This document shows positions 16,974 through 29,968 of a stretch of DNA of 64,000 nt, piece by piece (positions within the stretch are counted from its first letter, which is position 1; every line of letters starts with the position of its first letter). Source of the DNA: Guillardia theta CCMP2712 (taxonomy: Eukaryota; Protista; Cryptophyta); contig NW_005434667.1 of NCBI RefSeq assembly GCF_000315625.1, positions 611,061 through 675,060 on the forward strand, read 5' to 3'. A program made the translations under genes and the position numbers. The notes under the pieces were generated by a model, which searched no databases, was not told where the DNA came from, and worked only from the letters and a program-made list of their open reading frames with translations.

Positions 16974-17811
16974 CGTGCAGCTCCTGTAGACCGCTGGTTA
17001 CTTGCTAGCATGGGGAGTAAGCACAAAACGTGGACCCCGCTTGCTCCTCGCTCTTTCCCGTCCTCTGTCACTCATTGTCTCCCCCTCTGCCTCTACCTCT
17101 TCCTCTACCCCTGCCTCTGCCTCTGCCTCGGAGTCCCCTCCCCTCCCCTCCTCTTCTCATCCTCTCTCCTCCCTCCGTCTCCTCCCTTCTGCTGAGGTCA
17201 CGTCACTCCTGCTCCCCCCCTGCGCTGCTCTAGAGAGGAGGTGGTGCATTGAAATGATTCGCCGAGGGTCGAGGGAACGAGGAGGGTACTCGAGCAGGTA
17301 AAATGAAGGGGTAGTGTAGACGATCATGAAAAAAAAGTCATCGGGGGTAAACAGATCGACGGGAGTACACCAAAACCTGCGGAGAAAGAGATCGGAGCAG
17401 CAAGTTTGGGGGGACGAGGGACGGGGATAGGGGGAGAGGGTAGGAGGGAGAGAAGGGAGGACAGGATAGGAGGGAGAGAAGGAGGAGAGGGAGGAGGGAG
17501 CTTATGGGTGAGGTGATGGAGGGGCACAACCTACATCGTGAACATCAACAAGAAGAGGAAACGAACGCGGTTGAAAGATGCAGGTGATTGTGTAGAGGAG
17601 ATGCGGTAGAGGGGCGTCAGAGTGAGGATATCCCCGTACAGACAGAGGAACAAAGGATACATATGTGTCCGATACAATAGTCGCACTTTTTTGCTTTCAT
17701 CGGAAATTAGGAATACATGTTACAGCAACCATTGATTAGAGTTTTCAAGTTTGTTATTAAAAGTTGTCTGTGTCGATCCGACCACTCGGGGGCTCAGGCC
17801 CTTGAACGCCC

Positions 17812-20800
17812 TCACTTCATAGCTAGCAAAGGAATCCCATCTCCCGCACCGGAGTCATAGCTTGCCGTCAGCCTCTTCGGAAGCCACTTCAACGGCACTC
17901 GCGCGATCAACAGATGCATCGGAAGCTCAGTCGCCCCGATAAAAATGCAGAGGACCCACTGCCCGAACGTCATTCCGGTACAGCCGACGGCAGTGTTCAC
18001 ACCAGGGATCTGATGGAATCCGTTAGAGCAGGAGTGGTTGGGAAAAGCGCAAGGGTTGAGAACAAGTTCGACAGGAGAGAGAGGGACACGAAAGGACAGC
18101 AGAGGATAGTAGAAGAAGACATGGAAACAAGATTCCAAGGACACAGATAGTTGAGTATCACCTCGACCATGAGGAACTGCATGGCAAATTCTAGACCCAT
18201 GACGGAAAGAAAGAACTTGTTGTCAAAGATTCCAGTGAAAGCATTCCATTCCCCATGTATTTTTCTGGCATTAATCTGAAAAGAAAGGCTCAACGTCAGA
18301 ATATCATGAAGTGCAAAGGCGAGGATTTCACCTGGTTGAACAATTGCATCAGAACAAAGACAGTGAAGATCATAGCGTTGTGTTGGTTTGGCTTTGAATC
18401 TTCCTGCATTGCATATTCCCATCAATACAAGAGTAACAAACACTTGGGAAATTACCTCAACTTCTTGCTTGCAATAGCCAGGCGGCCTTTCATTAACCGG
18501 TATACAATTTTCCGCACTGGGCAGATATTGACTGTCGAACGCTGCCGGGCGACCGGATTTGACGGCCCCAATGTTATCATGATAGATGGTTGAATTTCCA
18601 CAATAGTTTAGATTATGCGAATCCGGACAAACGTCGCCAACCCCAAAGATAAAGATGCACAGGATGATGAGCTGCCAAATCGCGTGGCAGAGGAGGGACC
18701 GGAGCATGTACGGAGACAGCAGCGGCTGCGTGCGAGGATACGGCTTGCGGTTCAACAGGTCCGGGCGAGGATCCTCAGTTGCAAGAGCGAGCGAGGCAAA
18801 CGAATCCATAATCATGTTGACCCAGAGCAACTGAATCACGTTGAGCGGACTCTTTGTCAGGATGGAAGCTCCGGCCACAGCTATCGCACAAGCCGTGAGG
18901 TTGACTGTGAGCTGGAATTGCAAGAATTTGCAGATATTGTCATACACACATCTACCCCATTTCACCGCTTGCACGATCGATGCAAAGTTATCATCCAAGA
19001 CAATGATATCTGCAGCATTTTGCGCTACTTGAGTTCCAGTAATGCCCATTGCAAAGCCCACATCTGCTTTCTTCAGCGCAGGAGCATCATTGGTTCCATC
19101 TCCTGTCACTGCAACGACTTGTGGCGTGGAGGCCTTACTCTGTTGAATGCCAGTGACCAGCGTCAGCTTGTCGAGAGGCGACGACCTCGCCAATACTCGC
19201 AGGTCCACCCAGATCTTGTCGAATTCATCCATGTCGATCTCATCGTGCTCGTCCAATACCTTCTCTCGAAAGTCCGAGCCAGTCATGATCGTAGCAGAAT
19301 CATCGTCATCAGACAGGATTCCACACTTCTTTGCGATCGCAGCTGCAGTTCGAGGGTTATCGCCTGTAACCATCCTGACAACGATCCCAGCTCGTTTGCA
19401 GACTCGGATAGCCTCAGGTACCTAAAAACGTTCAGGAACGACTCACTTATGGCTCTGGACATCACCTCTGGCCTGACAGGATCCTCTAATCCGAGTAGAC
19501 CAATCAAGACAAGGTCGTTCTCAACTTTTTCCTCTTCATCCATGTTGGGTGATTGATCGAAGTCACGATACGCCACCTGAAAGCGAAAATAAGGATAAAC
19601 ATGAAATCGTAGACACTACAAAATATTACTGAAAGCGTTCGCAGTCCCTCATCTGAAAACTTTCCGATCTCCTCTGTGAGTTGGGACTTCATGGCTTCTG
19701 TAAGCTCAACAACAGACCCATTCTGGTCAATCACCCATTTACAAAGGCCCAACACAATTTCAGAAGCCCCCTTGGTGTAAAGGCGGAACGAAGTTGATCC
19801 TTGCGGGATGATCAAGGTACTCATTCTCTTGCGGTCAGATGAAAAGGAAATAGCATGGCGATTTGGATCATCCAAAGGATATGTTTGTCGAACATCTTTG
19901 TATGGGTTGCCCGACTTGAAACCTTGGGCCACAAGTATCTTGTTCGACAAACACAGCATGGCACACTCCGTATCATTGCCCGTGTACTTCATCACATTTC
20001 CACTGACCGGATCCCACTCGACATCAGACTTGAAGGACGTATTGACAACGATGGCTTCAGCCAGAAGTTTCTGCACTGCGGCTGGAATCCTTTGAATCGA
20101 AGCAGCAATGGTTTCGTCAGCCTCTCCACAAGACCAAAGTTTCACCACTGTCATTTTCCCGGTCGTGAGAGTCCCTGTCTTGTCTGAGCATATAGTTGTT
20201 GCACTTCCCATGGTCTCGCATGCGCTCAAGTGACGAACAAGATTGTTATCTTCCATCATCTTGCTCACTGAAAAAGCTAGCGTGATGGTCACAGCAAGCG
20301 GGAGACCTTCAGGAACAGCCACAACAAACACTGTGACACCAACTACAAGGAAACGCAACCACTCAAGATGATGTATTGAATGATCGAATGTTTCCTTGCA
20401 GCAATCCTTGTTTGCAAATGCAATCACGAATCTCAGGAGCAAAATCGCAACTGTCATGCCTCCTGCAATGGCACCTGCTTTCGTTATGAGCTCTGTCATT
20501 TTATCCAGCTTTTGCTGAAGAACGCTCTTTTCTTCCTCCTCTTCCCTCATCTTCTCCTCCATAAGCCCTTGATATGTGTGCGTGCCGACTGCAGTTACCA
20601 ACATTCTTCCTTCGCCTTCCTGAACGAATGTCCCAGCAAATAATGCAGGGATCACCTTTGCTGCCGACGATGCACTCGAACCTAGCTCAAAAGGGCCTTT
20701 GCGCTTGATTACAGTCTCTCCCGTGAGCATGGCTTCTGAGATCCCCAAGTCGTTCTTGTCAAACACAAGACCATCCGCACAGACCAGGTCACCCGTGCTG

Positions 20801-21342
20801 AGCAACACTACATCGCCCACAACAATGTCATGAGTTGAGATTTTCTCCTTCTCTCCCCTTCTGATCACGGTTACCTTCACATCGTCCTTCACAGCATTCA
20901 GAGCTCGAAACTGCTGCTCCTTCTTATAGTCATTCACAGCCGATACCGTGACGACTACAAACACAGCGCTCAAGATCGCCAGGCCCTCAAGCCACTCCAT
21001 TCCTTCGTTGAAGACGATGCCGACAAAGAAAGAGACGCAAGCCGCAAAACAAAGGAAAATCAAGCACGGGTCCTGAAGCGCCTCCCAAGCTATCTGAAAG
21101 ATGGAATCTGGTGGATCAGGTTCAACGTAGTTCGATCCAAAGAATGACTTTCTCGTGTCTACTTCGCTGCTGCTAATGCCGTTAACTGAGTCCGTTCTCA
21201 ACTTTTTCACAATTCCTTCATGCCCGCCAAGCTCTTCAAGAGCTGGCAAGACTTTTTCTTCAACCTGTGAGTTTAAAGGATTCTCGAAGCATATGCGCAT
21301 GAACTTGGACAGTTGCTCCGAGTTGATGTTGAAGTCTGCCAT
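17812..21342 (-). CDS. P-type IIB Ca2+-ATPase (PMCA/ACA/Pmc1 type)
   Basis: LTGE, VAVPEGLPLAVT, CSDKTGTLT, KGASE, MVTGDN, VTGDGTNDAPAL, QLLWVNMIMDS and FNQINARK motifs; a few short introns. Confidence 0.97.
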
Positions 21343-21849
21343 CGCTGCAGAATATCCGTCGAATTCTGCTTTCTAGCAGCTTCTTACTGTCAAGAACAAG
21401 CATCAGCATTAATGGACAAACTTCGGAATGGATCAATTTAAAGCGTAAAGTTTTGTTGCGTTCGAAAGAACGCACAACAAGCGTCAAGTGCAGAGGAATG
21501 GTGATGGTGTTTTGAGGAATTGTGATGGTGTTTTAAAAAAAAGCAACGAGCATGGAAATGCGGCAGAGTTCTGTCGAAATGCGCGTGCAAGCTCGATTTG
21601 TAAGAAACTCTGACTACACAAGTCGCATTACTCTTGTAAATCCCCACAAAAACCAAGGACAGTCGCATGGGACAAGGGGAAGAGGCGGCAGGAAAGGAAG
21701 GAGAGAGAAACTAGTGCGCAGAAGAAGGGGGGAGCATGCAGTGATAGAGCATGGTTGGGTAAGTCACCTGACTAACAAGAGCGAAACAGCATGAAGCGAC
21801 TCTGGGCGTTACAGCGATACTTCTCGCACAGCCAAAGTTGGCGTGCGGG

Positions 21850-23050
21850 TGTACCTACCAAATCAAGGAGTTTCCTGACCCCACCCGGTTCAGAGTTGCA
21901 CCTTTCAATAAGAACCCCCCTTTTTCTCTGCTAAACATACCACTGATCTACCACGACCCCTTGGGAATAGGGAAGCGGGGCCAACTGAGTACCCTCTCAC
22001 TTTGCCAATCACAGTTGGAATGCGGCCCCTGCCAATATACTACGCCGCCGTGCGCGAGGGGGTGGAGGAATGATCTAGGGGAAACAGGGGTGATGGGGTA
22101 GAATTGCAAAAGGGGGTGGGGGTAATTGTTAAAGGGGGTTGTGTAGATGGGTGGGGGGTCCAATGCTATCAAGAATGTACTCATAAGGAAGGGTAATGTG
22201 TTTGTGAATAGGGGTCATCATGTTTGGACCACCGGTATATGATAGCTCAGTGGAAAGGGTAAGTTTGACAGAGAAACCGTCTGGAACATTTTAATAGGGA
22301 GGGTGGTAGGATGGATTGTCAAAGGTGGGTAGGGTACATACTTGGGGTTGGTGTTCTGGGAAAGGCCGAGATACCAATTGTTTCCTATTAGTTTTTTGAT
22401 CAGTAGTGATGGTGTGGGAGTTGAGAGCTTGACCTGACAGGTATGAGAGGGTGGGGTAGTACAGAGAGGGGTGGGGTGGTGGGATACAAGTGTCAGAGGG
22501 TCACGAAGGCGGGCAAACATTTTGGAAATGCCGAGCAGATCCAAGACTGACAGCTAGCTACAGAGCTTGTAACGCTTGTAACGACTAAAACGATCGCGAT
22601 AACCGCCCGGAGCCTCTGAAAAAAATTTCATCGAAGGAATGGTCCCGGGGTCCTCACAGAGGGGGTAGGGGTGATCAGAAAATGAGATATGTCGCCAAAG
22701 TGGTAGGGTGAAGACAGGTCTTTGGGTGGGTGATGCGAAGAGAGTAGGGGTGGTGTAAGAGGGTGCCGCCTCATGGTCCTTCACAACGAGAAACGAATAC
22801 GGAGGGGTAGGGGTACTTGCGAACATGGAAAGGAGTGGGTGAGGGTGGTATCGATGGGACTCACTGGTACCAGTGCTTACAGCTTGAACTCACGTAATAA
22901 TGAGGGGTAGGGTCAACTACAAAATTGTAGTTCTAATACCGGAGGGTAGGGTACTGGGCAAGGCTGACAGGTTGGTCCTGGTGGGTGGATAGACGTCGAA
23001 CTTTAGTAGGCAGCGGCTAAAATGCGAGGAGACCTCAGGGGTGGGGGAGG
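21850..23050. other. Island of dispersed GGGGT(A/G) motifs between divergent genes
   Basis: Dozens of GGGT/ACCC cores separated by unique spacers. Confidence 0.7.
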
Positions 23051-23238
23051 ACAAGGGCGAGGAGGAAGAGGAGGAAGAGGAGAGAATGGCAGGCTCCTGA
23101 GGAACAGGAGGTGAGAAGGGAGATGCGTGAGAATGGAGCGAGATTTGGTTCGAATATGGGGTGGTCTAAAGAAGCCTGCGATGAACGCGATTACTACCGT
23201 CAGTTGTCAGTGAAGTCTCTTGGTTGTGCTCGTCTACC

Positions 23239-25094
23239 ATGAACGGATCAGATCCCGAAAATGGCTCGAACCTCAGCAGTTGGATTACAAAGATCCAGAA
23301 AAAGCCAACCAAGAAGCAACCCCGTCCGAGAACGCTGCTTCCGGTACTATCTCCTTTCCCTTCTCATGGAATATGAGACAAGCATTCATTTCATTTTCTA
23401 GGACATTGTCTCAGGGCAGAACTTCAGATGCTTTTGTCACGACCAAGGAATGTATGTATTCTTTGATTGGGTCCCAACGGAATCGCTGAGAATCGATGTG
23501 ACCCGCAGGCATGAGCTGAATGGTTGGCATGTTGTCCATGATCCGTCTGGTGACACATACGAGGGAGAGTGGAGAGGAGGCTTGTTCTCGGGCATTGGCA
23601 TGTATGCTTTTGAAGAATGAGCCCTTGAGATTTTGATGAGTGTTAGGTATCACTTCGCCAACGGAAGCATGTTCGAGGGCATCTTTCGGCTCGACTGCCC
23701 TCAGAGTGGCATCTTCCGAGAGTCTGACGGAAAGCAGTATGAAGTGCAGTACGATGGCAACATCAGAATCACAGATTGTCCGAGAATCGTCATTTCAAGG
23801 CTGTTGATCCAAGAATATCACACGAATGGACAAACATCGAAGGAACCCGAATCGCCAGCCTCCACGGACACGCTGCAAAAGACTGGAAGTGTTTCTCAAA
23901 TGACCTCCCCTACCACATCGATTGGAGGAAACGACATCATGGCATCCAAATCCTCAACTTCAAGCTTGCAAGTGAAACGCGAAGACAGCGACGTATTTGT
24001 GCTCTCGGGATATAGTGTTTCTACATCGGGACACCGATGCACATGCCACGGGTGATTGTAGCAAATCTCAACTAGCAAGGTGTACTGATACTTCTCAAAG
24101 ACTACCTTGCGACCAGCTACAAGGGCATCACAAGCTTGAATCCACTGACTGCATGTACGATGGCGAATGGAATGAAGGTCGATGGGACGGCTTTGGGCGG
24201 TGAGAAGGCGGGCTGTTGACCGGGATTCACAGTAACTGTCTTTATTTGCAGGTGGGCTCACGCCAAGATGGGCGCCTATGTTGGGCAATGGTCTGCTGGG
24301 CTGTTCCATGGGAAAGGATCATATAAATACCCTGATGGCGAGAAGTTTGAGGGCTCGTTCCAGCTGTCATGTCCAGTCTCAGGCATCGTCGAGAAACCGA
24401 ATGGAACGAGGGCAGAAGTGATTTTCGACGGAAGCAGTAAGAAAGGCTTTATAGAGCCGGAAAAGCTTCAATTGTTGAATTGCTGGCAGGGAGCATATTC
24501 GATCCTCTTCTGAAGCCCTTGGACATGAAAATAATCGAAACGTTGCCCTCTGTGAGTGCTGCCAATTCACAAAGATCCTCACTGGTAGGGAGCCAACAGC
24601 AGCTGTCCATGGTTCAGAACTTGTTCTCGATCAACTGCATCTGTCATCAACAACCCATGGAAACCTTGAACGGATATCACATAGTGCAGGATCAGCAGAG
24701 ATTCTGGTAGTCTGTTCGATTGTCTGGCTTACATGTCCTGACGTCCTCCTCCAGGTATGAGGGAGAATGGGTGTCGGGGAAGCAACACGGGAAGGGGAAG
24801 CAATTTTTCTCGCAAGTTGGGATGTACGAGGGAGAGTTCGAGTTGGGACAACTACAAGGGATGGGCAACTTCAGGTGTGGTGGAAGCCCCTGGCCATATT
24901 TGGAGGCTGATGCTCACGGCAGGTGGTTACAAGGGCAGGAATTTACAGGACAGTTCAACCAGGGCTGCCCTGTTGGAGGAGTTTTCGTACATGCTGGAGG
25001 GACATTCTCAGTAACTTTCGATGGGAAGACGAACATCTCGGATCCTTCTCTCGCCCCGACTTCCATGAATCCGTTCATGTTGAGCGCGAAATAG
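23239..25094 (+). CDS. MORN-repeat protein with three internal modules
   Basis: MORN units YEGEWRGGLFSGIG, YDGEWNEGRWDGFG, YVGQWSAGLFHGKG, YEGEWVSGKQHGKG, YEGEFELGQLQGMG; ~45-55 nt GT-AG introns. Confidence 0.88.
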
Positions 25095-25148
25095 AAACAA
25101 CTTTGGGACAGGAGGCGAACTCTGCTTGAATGTTTCCTCCCTTCGATT

Positions 25149-26129
25149 TCAAGGGGTCACAATCTTCTTGCTGTCTGCGTAGTCTACGATAGGAAGATCA
25201 AGCTGCTTGAGAATCTCGTCGAACTTGAGCTTCCCAGAGTTGTACTGCTTGATCTGTTGGTGATAAATCAAAGGGAGGAAAGGTTGTACAGCTTGTCTTT
25301 CGAGCTGCATACACAGACTCTGCGTTCTTACCGCTTCTTCACGATTCTGCTCCTTGCATGCAGCCTCCAGCTTGTCGAAGATCTCGTACAAAGTAGTCAC
25401 CCTGCTCGAAATCTGTCGCGAGACAGAAGTCAGTTTGACACCGCATGCCCATGTTCTCACCGCAAGGGAATCGGGCGATGACTCGTTGTTGAAGGAGGGA
25501 TCAGAGTCCAGATCATCTCCTGCACTCACTCCCTTCAGGCTTGTTGCCAGAGACTCCAACACCTGCGGAGAGGTGAGACCGCGCTGAAAGAATGCCGGAC
25601 TCTCCATGTACCTTGTTCTTCTTCAAGAACCTGGCAGAACCGTTTGTCCAAGGGTTGCTCAGGAAGGAGGTAGCGGATTTGTAGTCCTCGCTTTGAATCT
25701 TGGGCAGCAGCTCACGGTAGTTCTTTGCCACCTTCATTCTGCCAGGAAAGAAACAATCACCCAGAGGCCCGACAACGATCCCCTAGAGCGATATTACGTG
25801 ATAATCATGTCGAGAGCAATACCAGGGGATGTGGCCTTCACTTTCCTGTCCTCCTCTGACTGGACTTTGTCCGCTGCATCCGCCATGGGAGCAAGCAACG
25901 AACAACCGGCCAGCATGGCCGACGACGCAAGGAGTCTCCTGCGCGAGACCGACGTGTCGTCACTTACACACATTACGGTGCGGGACATGCTTCTGCTGCA
26001 TCTAGGAGTTGAGCCAGCGAGCATCAACCCTCTATGAGCGTTTCTAGCATGGAGGGCAGGAGAGAGCTGGAAGCCCGCGGCCTCTTGCGCCATCATCGTC
26101 GCCATCAGGCACACGGCGGCAAGCAGCAT
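25149..26129 (-). CDS. Plastid thylakoid-lumen protein, PsbQ-like helical bundle
   Basis: Signal peptide ending AAG|F, a transit peptide, then twin-arginine SRRRLLASSAMLAG...ADA. The mature part is amphipathic-helical (LYEIFDKLEAACKEQNREEA|IKQYNSGKLKFDEILKQL). Confidence 0.7.
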
Positions 26130-26391
26130 GGTCTTAGATGCAAGGATCTGGCAAGGATCCGGACTTGGGTCAGGAGCGGGGATGAGGGTAAGATGGAACT
26201 GCCTTGATCGTCCCGTGACCTACCCTTGACTCTTGTGACTCGGCCGGCCTTCAATGTGGCAGTACGGTGAGCCCGGCTGGGACCGCTTGCGGGGGGGATT
26301 TTAGTCAGTAGTGTTGTGAAGTTCGAAAGACTCTCATTCGTTTGAAACAGAAACAATAAATAGAAAAATAGAACATCCAACTTCAACTTGT

Positions 26392-27913
26392 TCAGCGATG
26401 ATTGATGGTCAAGTCTCTTGGCCTCTTGCCCGGCGCGATCTGCCCGTCCAACTCCACTCCCTTGTCAAACGATGGTCGGAACACAGAGGAGGAAGCGTTA
26501 GAGCTCTTCACGGCCTGGGCGAACTTGGGTACAGGGATCTCCTTCAAGCTTGACTGTGCATGAATGTCATAGACTTGATGTCAGCGTGCGATCAAAGTCA
26601 CCTCTACATGCTTCGAGCTGTGAAAGGGATACGCGTTCTGAAAGCCCTTCGATGATGCTGTGCTGTTGGCAACGCCGTCCAGCTCTGCCTGCTGGTTGTA
26701 CCGCAGTGGCGACGGAAGCCCAGCAGCATGCGTGATCCCTGCGCGACATCAGTCAGTGGAGCGCGAGAGCTGCGAGCATGTCCGCAACGTCACCGAGCGA
26801 CTGTGACGGGCCTTCCAGTCGTCCGACCTTGGTGGTCACGAGGAAGGAGAAGTCGACAGGAGAGAAGCTCCTCCTGTAGTTACTCGGGGAGGTATCCTGC
26901 TGACGCCTCGTCAGCAACTGCTCTCTCCTGCCCCTGACTCGACCCGCACCTTGCTCGAGAGGCTCGACCCTTTCTTGAGGTCTTTGATGGCATCTGCCAT
27001 GCTTCCCCGCTTGTACAAGTGGTAGTGCAGGTTGGCGACTTGACGAGAGCTCAGGGTCTTCATGCCCTTCATCGCCTCAATCTTCTGCGCGTGGTGCTCG
27101 CTCTCCTTCATGAGCCTCTCGCCGTGCACTTCGAGCTCGAGCGACCTCTGCGATGCTCCGCTCACCGGACTTGCCGCGGACTTATCGGGGATGATCCGAC
27201 TGCCACACACCACGGGGGTCAAGGCCATGTCATGCCAGAGCAGGGGAATACCTCGTTAGCAGCGATGAAACGTCGGGTGAGAATAGACTGACGGGATAGT
27301 CCTCGAACTCAACCTTGGATGCTGGCCCCCACCCCTCCACAGAGAACTTACTCCCTGCATTGTCGGGGTTTGGCATGATGGTTTTCCTGTGAAATCTGCT
27401 TGACAATTCTGACCGATTGCTTTGGGGTGCGTTCTCGTCGTTGGGCATGAAGAGATTCTGAACCTCAAGAGTCCTAACCCGCTTGGTCATCTGAAGAATG
27501 TCGTTCTTTGACTGTGATCCATGCAAGCTATCCCTTGAAAACCTACTCGAATCAAAGCTCTGTATCCTTTGCGCAGTAGCATCTAACTTCGTGTCCTTGT
27601 ATTTGCCCCAACCAATCTCACGAGGAGTAGGAATTTTCGTTGTCATCCCACTCTGCCAACTGCTCCTACTCTCAGCCAAGTGCTGCTGGTCCACGTGCTC
27701 CTCTCGACCAACGGGCGACATTGGCGAGATGGGCCCGTTTGACATCTTTCTACCTGAGAGAGGGAGCCGGAGGTGCTTCTGGGACACGAAGGGCGGAGGA
27801 GAGGAGGAGAGAGAGGCAGCAGCAGGTCCAGGAGAGAGGAGAGAAGGAGGAGAGACGGGAGATGAGGGGCTTCGATTGGTCGTCCCCTGCAGCAGCCGCT
27901 GCCGCTGCACCAT
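26392..27913 (-). CDS. Hypothetical protein, multi-exon
   Basis: Long exons 27913-27290 and 27228-26950, with a terminal exon ending ...RDLTINHR*. Confidence 0.55.
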
Positions 27914-28002
27914 GGCGAGAGATTTCGATTACCCCACCCCGCTCGTGGGTGACATCTGCGTTTTCTCACCCCTACCCTAACCCCACTTGAATCAACTTAC
28001 TA

Positions 28003-28305
<303 letters not shown>

Positions 28306-28435
28306 TCAAGGGAAACTCAGGCTTGAGTCAAGGAAAAGTAAGCTCCATGTTCCTTGAGTTACAGATCAGAGCAGAGGACTGCAGGTCTGCCTTGACACAT
28401 AAACTTGATTGTTATTTTACACATGAGATTCTCCA

Positions 28436-29696
28436 TCAGCGATGAGCATCAATCTGCCTTTGAACCAAGAAGTCGTATCGATGCTTCGCACTGCCGAATT
28501 TCCTGTGGGAAACCAAACGGAACCTCAGAGGAGCAAAGAGGAGCAGCAGGGTAGTCTCACTGTATGCTCGGGAGCCTGTTAGTCTGACAGTTCAGCGAGC
28601 GCAGCTTGCCCAAGTACGACTGGATCTCTTTGACGGGGGAGACTGCGGCTGGCCGTTCTTTGACAGGAAGCAACTTGTCATGGAGCGGTAGGCTCGGCAT
28701 CGTTGTGAACGTGAGATCCTAGCACAACCCTCCATCATCTCCTCCCCTACCGCAAGTTCAGGGCCCGCTTACCTTCCCGTACTTGTGTATGATGGGCGGG
28801 AGAAGGGGAGGGTCGTCAACAAGCTTGACGGGGGCCGAGGAGACATGGAAGACGTTGTCCTTCCAGACGAAGAAATGGGCGGCCATTGTGTAGTTGATCC
28901 ACCGCTCGATGGTCGACTGCACGAGGGTGAAGCTCTTCTTGTCCAGCAGCCTGTTGTACCTCCATGCCCTGAGCGCCCGGTCCAGGGTGAAGAGGATGTA
29001 CTTGTTGCGGATCCACTCGGAGGTCTTTGCGAGAGTCTTGATCCTCAGGACCTGCTCGAAGAGGGTGAAGAACGCCTGCCGGAGCTCGAACGCCATCCAT
29101 CGCCTCCTCGCTCGCAGCTGCGCCTTCCTCCTCTGCAGGATCCTTGTCCAGCTGAACATGTGCGATGCTAGGAACTTCTTCTCGTGGACCTCCCGCTGCA
29201 GCATCGCGAGCCTGATCGCTCGGATCCTGTAGTGGAACCTAGCCCACTTGTTGTAGGCAATCTGCAGGACCTTGAGGGCCCTCGAGTGATCGTTTTTCTT
29301 CGTGTAAGCACTCCTCGCCGCGTACAGGGTCCACTGCCAGAAGAAGGGGTACACCAGAGTCTTGTCACACCTTCGCTTCAAGCCTTTCATGCTCGCAACC
29401 CCTTTGGCATAGAAAGCCCAGAAACGAAACACGCTATGCTCGAGCCTTAGCTTCACCTTGTTGCTCAACCGGTCCACTCCGCCCTCATCGTAAGTCCTGC
29501 TCCTACTTGCCGAGCTCGTCGAGGGTTTGGACCCAAATGTGTGTTCCCCCGTGCCCTCCGGCTGAGAGTAGATCTCTGCTGCCAACCTTGCGTCTTCCTC
29601 CCGCATGGCTGATGCTTGCGACTCCTTCTCATCTGCATCATCGACCTCTACGCTCCTTGTCAGAGACCATCGACGACCCAGGAGTTGTTTCAGCAT
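28436..29696 (-). CDS. Sfi1-like Trp-repeat (candidate centrin-binding) protein
   Basis: Recurrent basic helical L..(F/Y)..W units: VFRFW, YPFFWQW, LQIAYNKW, LASHMFSW, LDRALRAW, MAAHFFVW. Confidence 0.6.
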
Positions 29697-29968
29697 TGCC
29701 GTCCTCCTTTCTTTCAACCAGCCTCCAACTTCTACCCGCTTTCCCGGTTCTCACAGTGTCCTGCCTTTCTCGCCCCTTCACGGTCCTGTCATCCCTCCCT
29801 CCCTCTTCCCTGCTTCCGCTCTTGCTCGCTTTTCATTCTTCCTGCCCGCTAGACTAGCTGCTCGCTGGAGCGGCTTGCGGACTGACAACGGTCCATCAAA
29901 AAATGACCTGAGACCAAGTCCTGGGGTGACAACGGGGAGAAATTGGAATGCGGATATAGAGAGAGGGG

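Noticed and set aside
18615-19556. 313-aa + strand ORF (similarly 59776-61114)
   Set aside because: Antisense shadows of well-supported minus-strand genes.
21850-23050. CRISPR array or interstitial telomere
   Set aside because: The cores are only 5-12 nt, degenerate and irregularly spaced. There are no cas genes and no tandem TTAGGG/TTTAGGG units.
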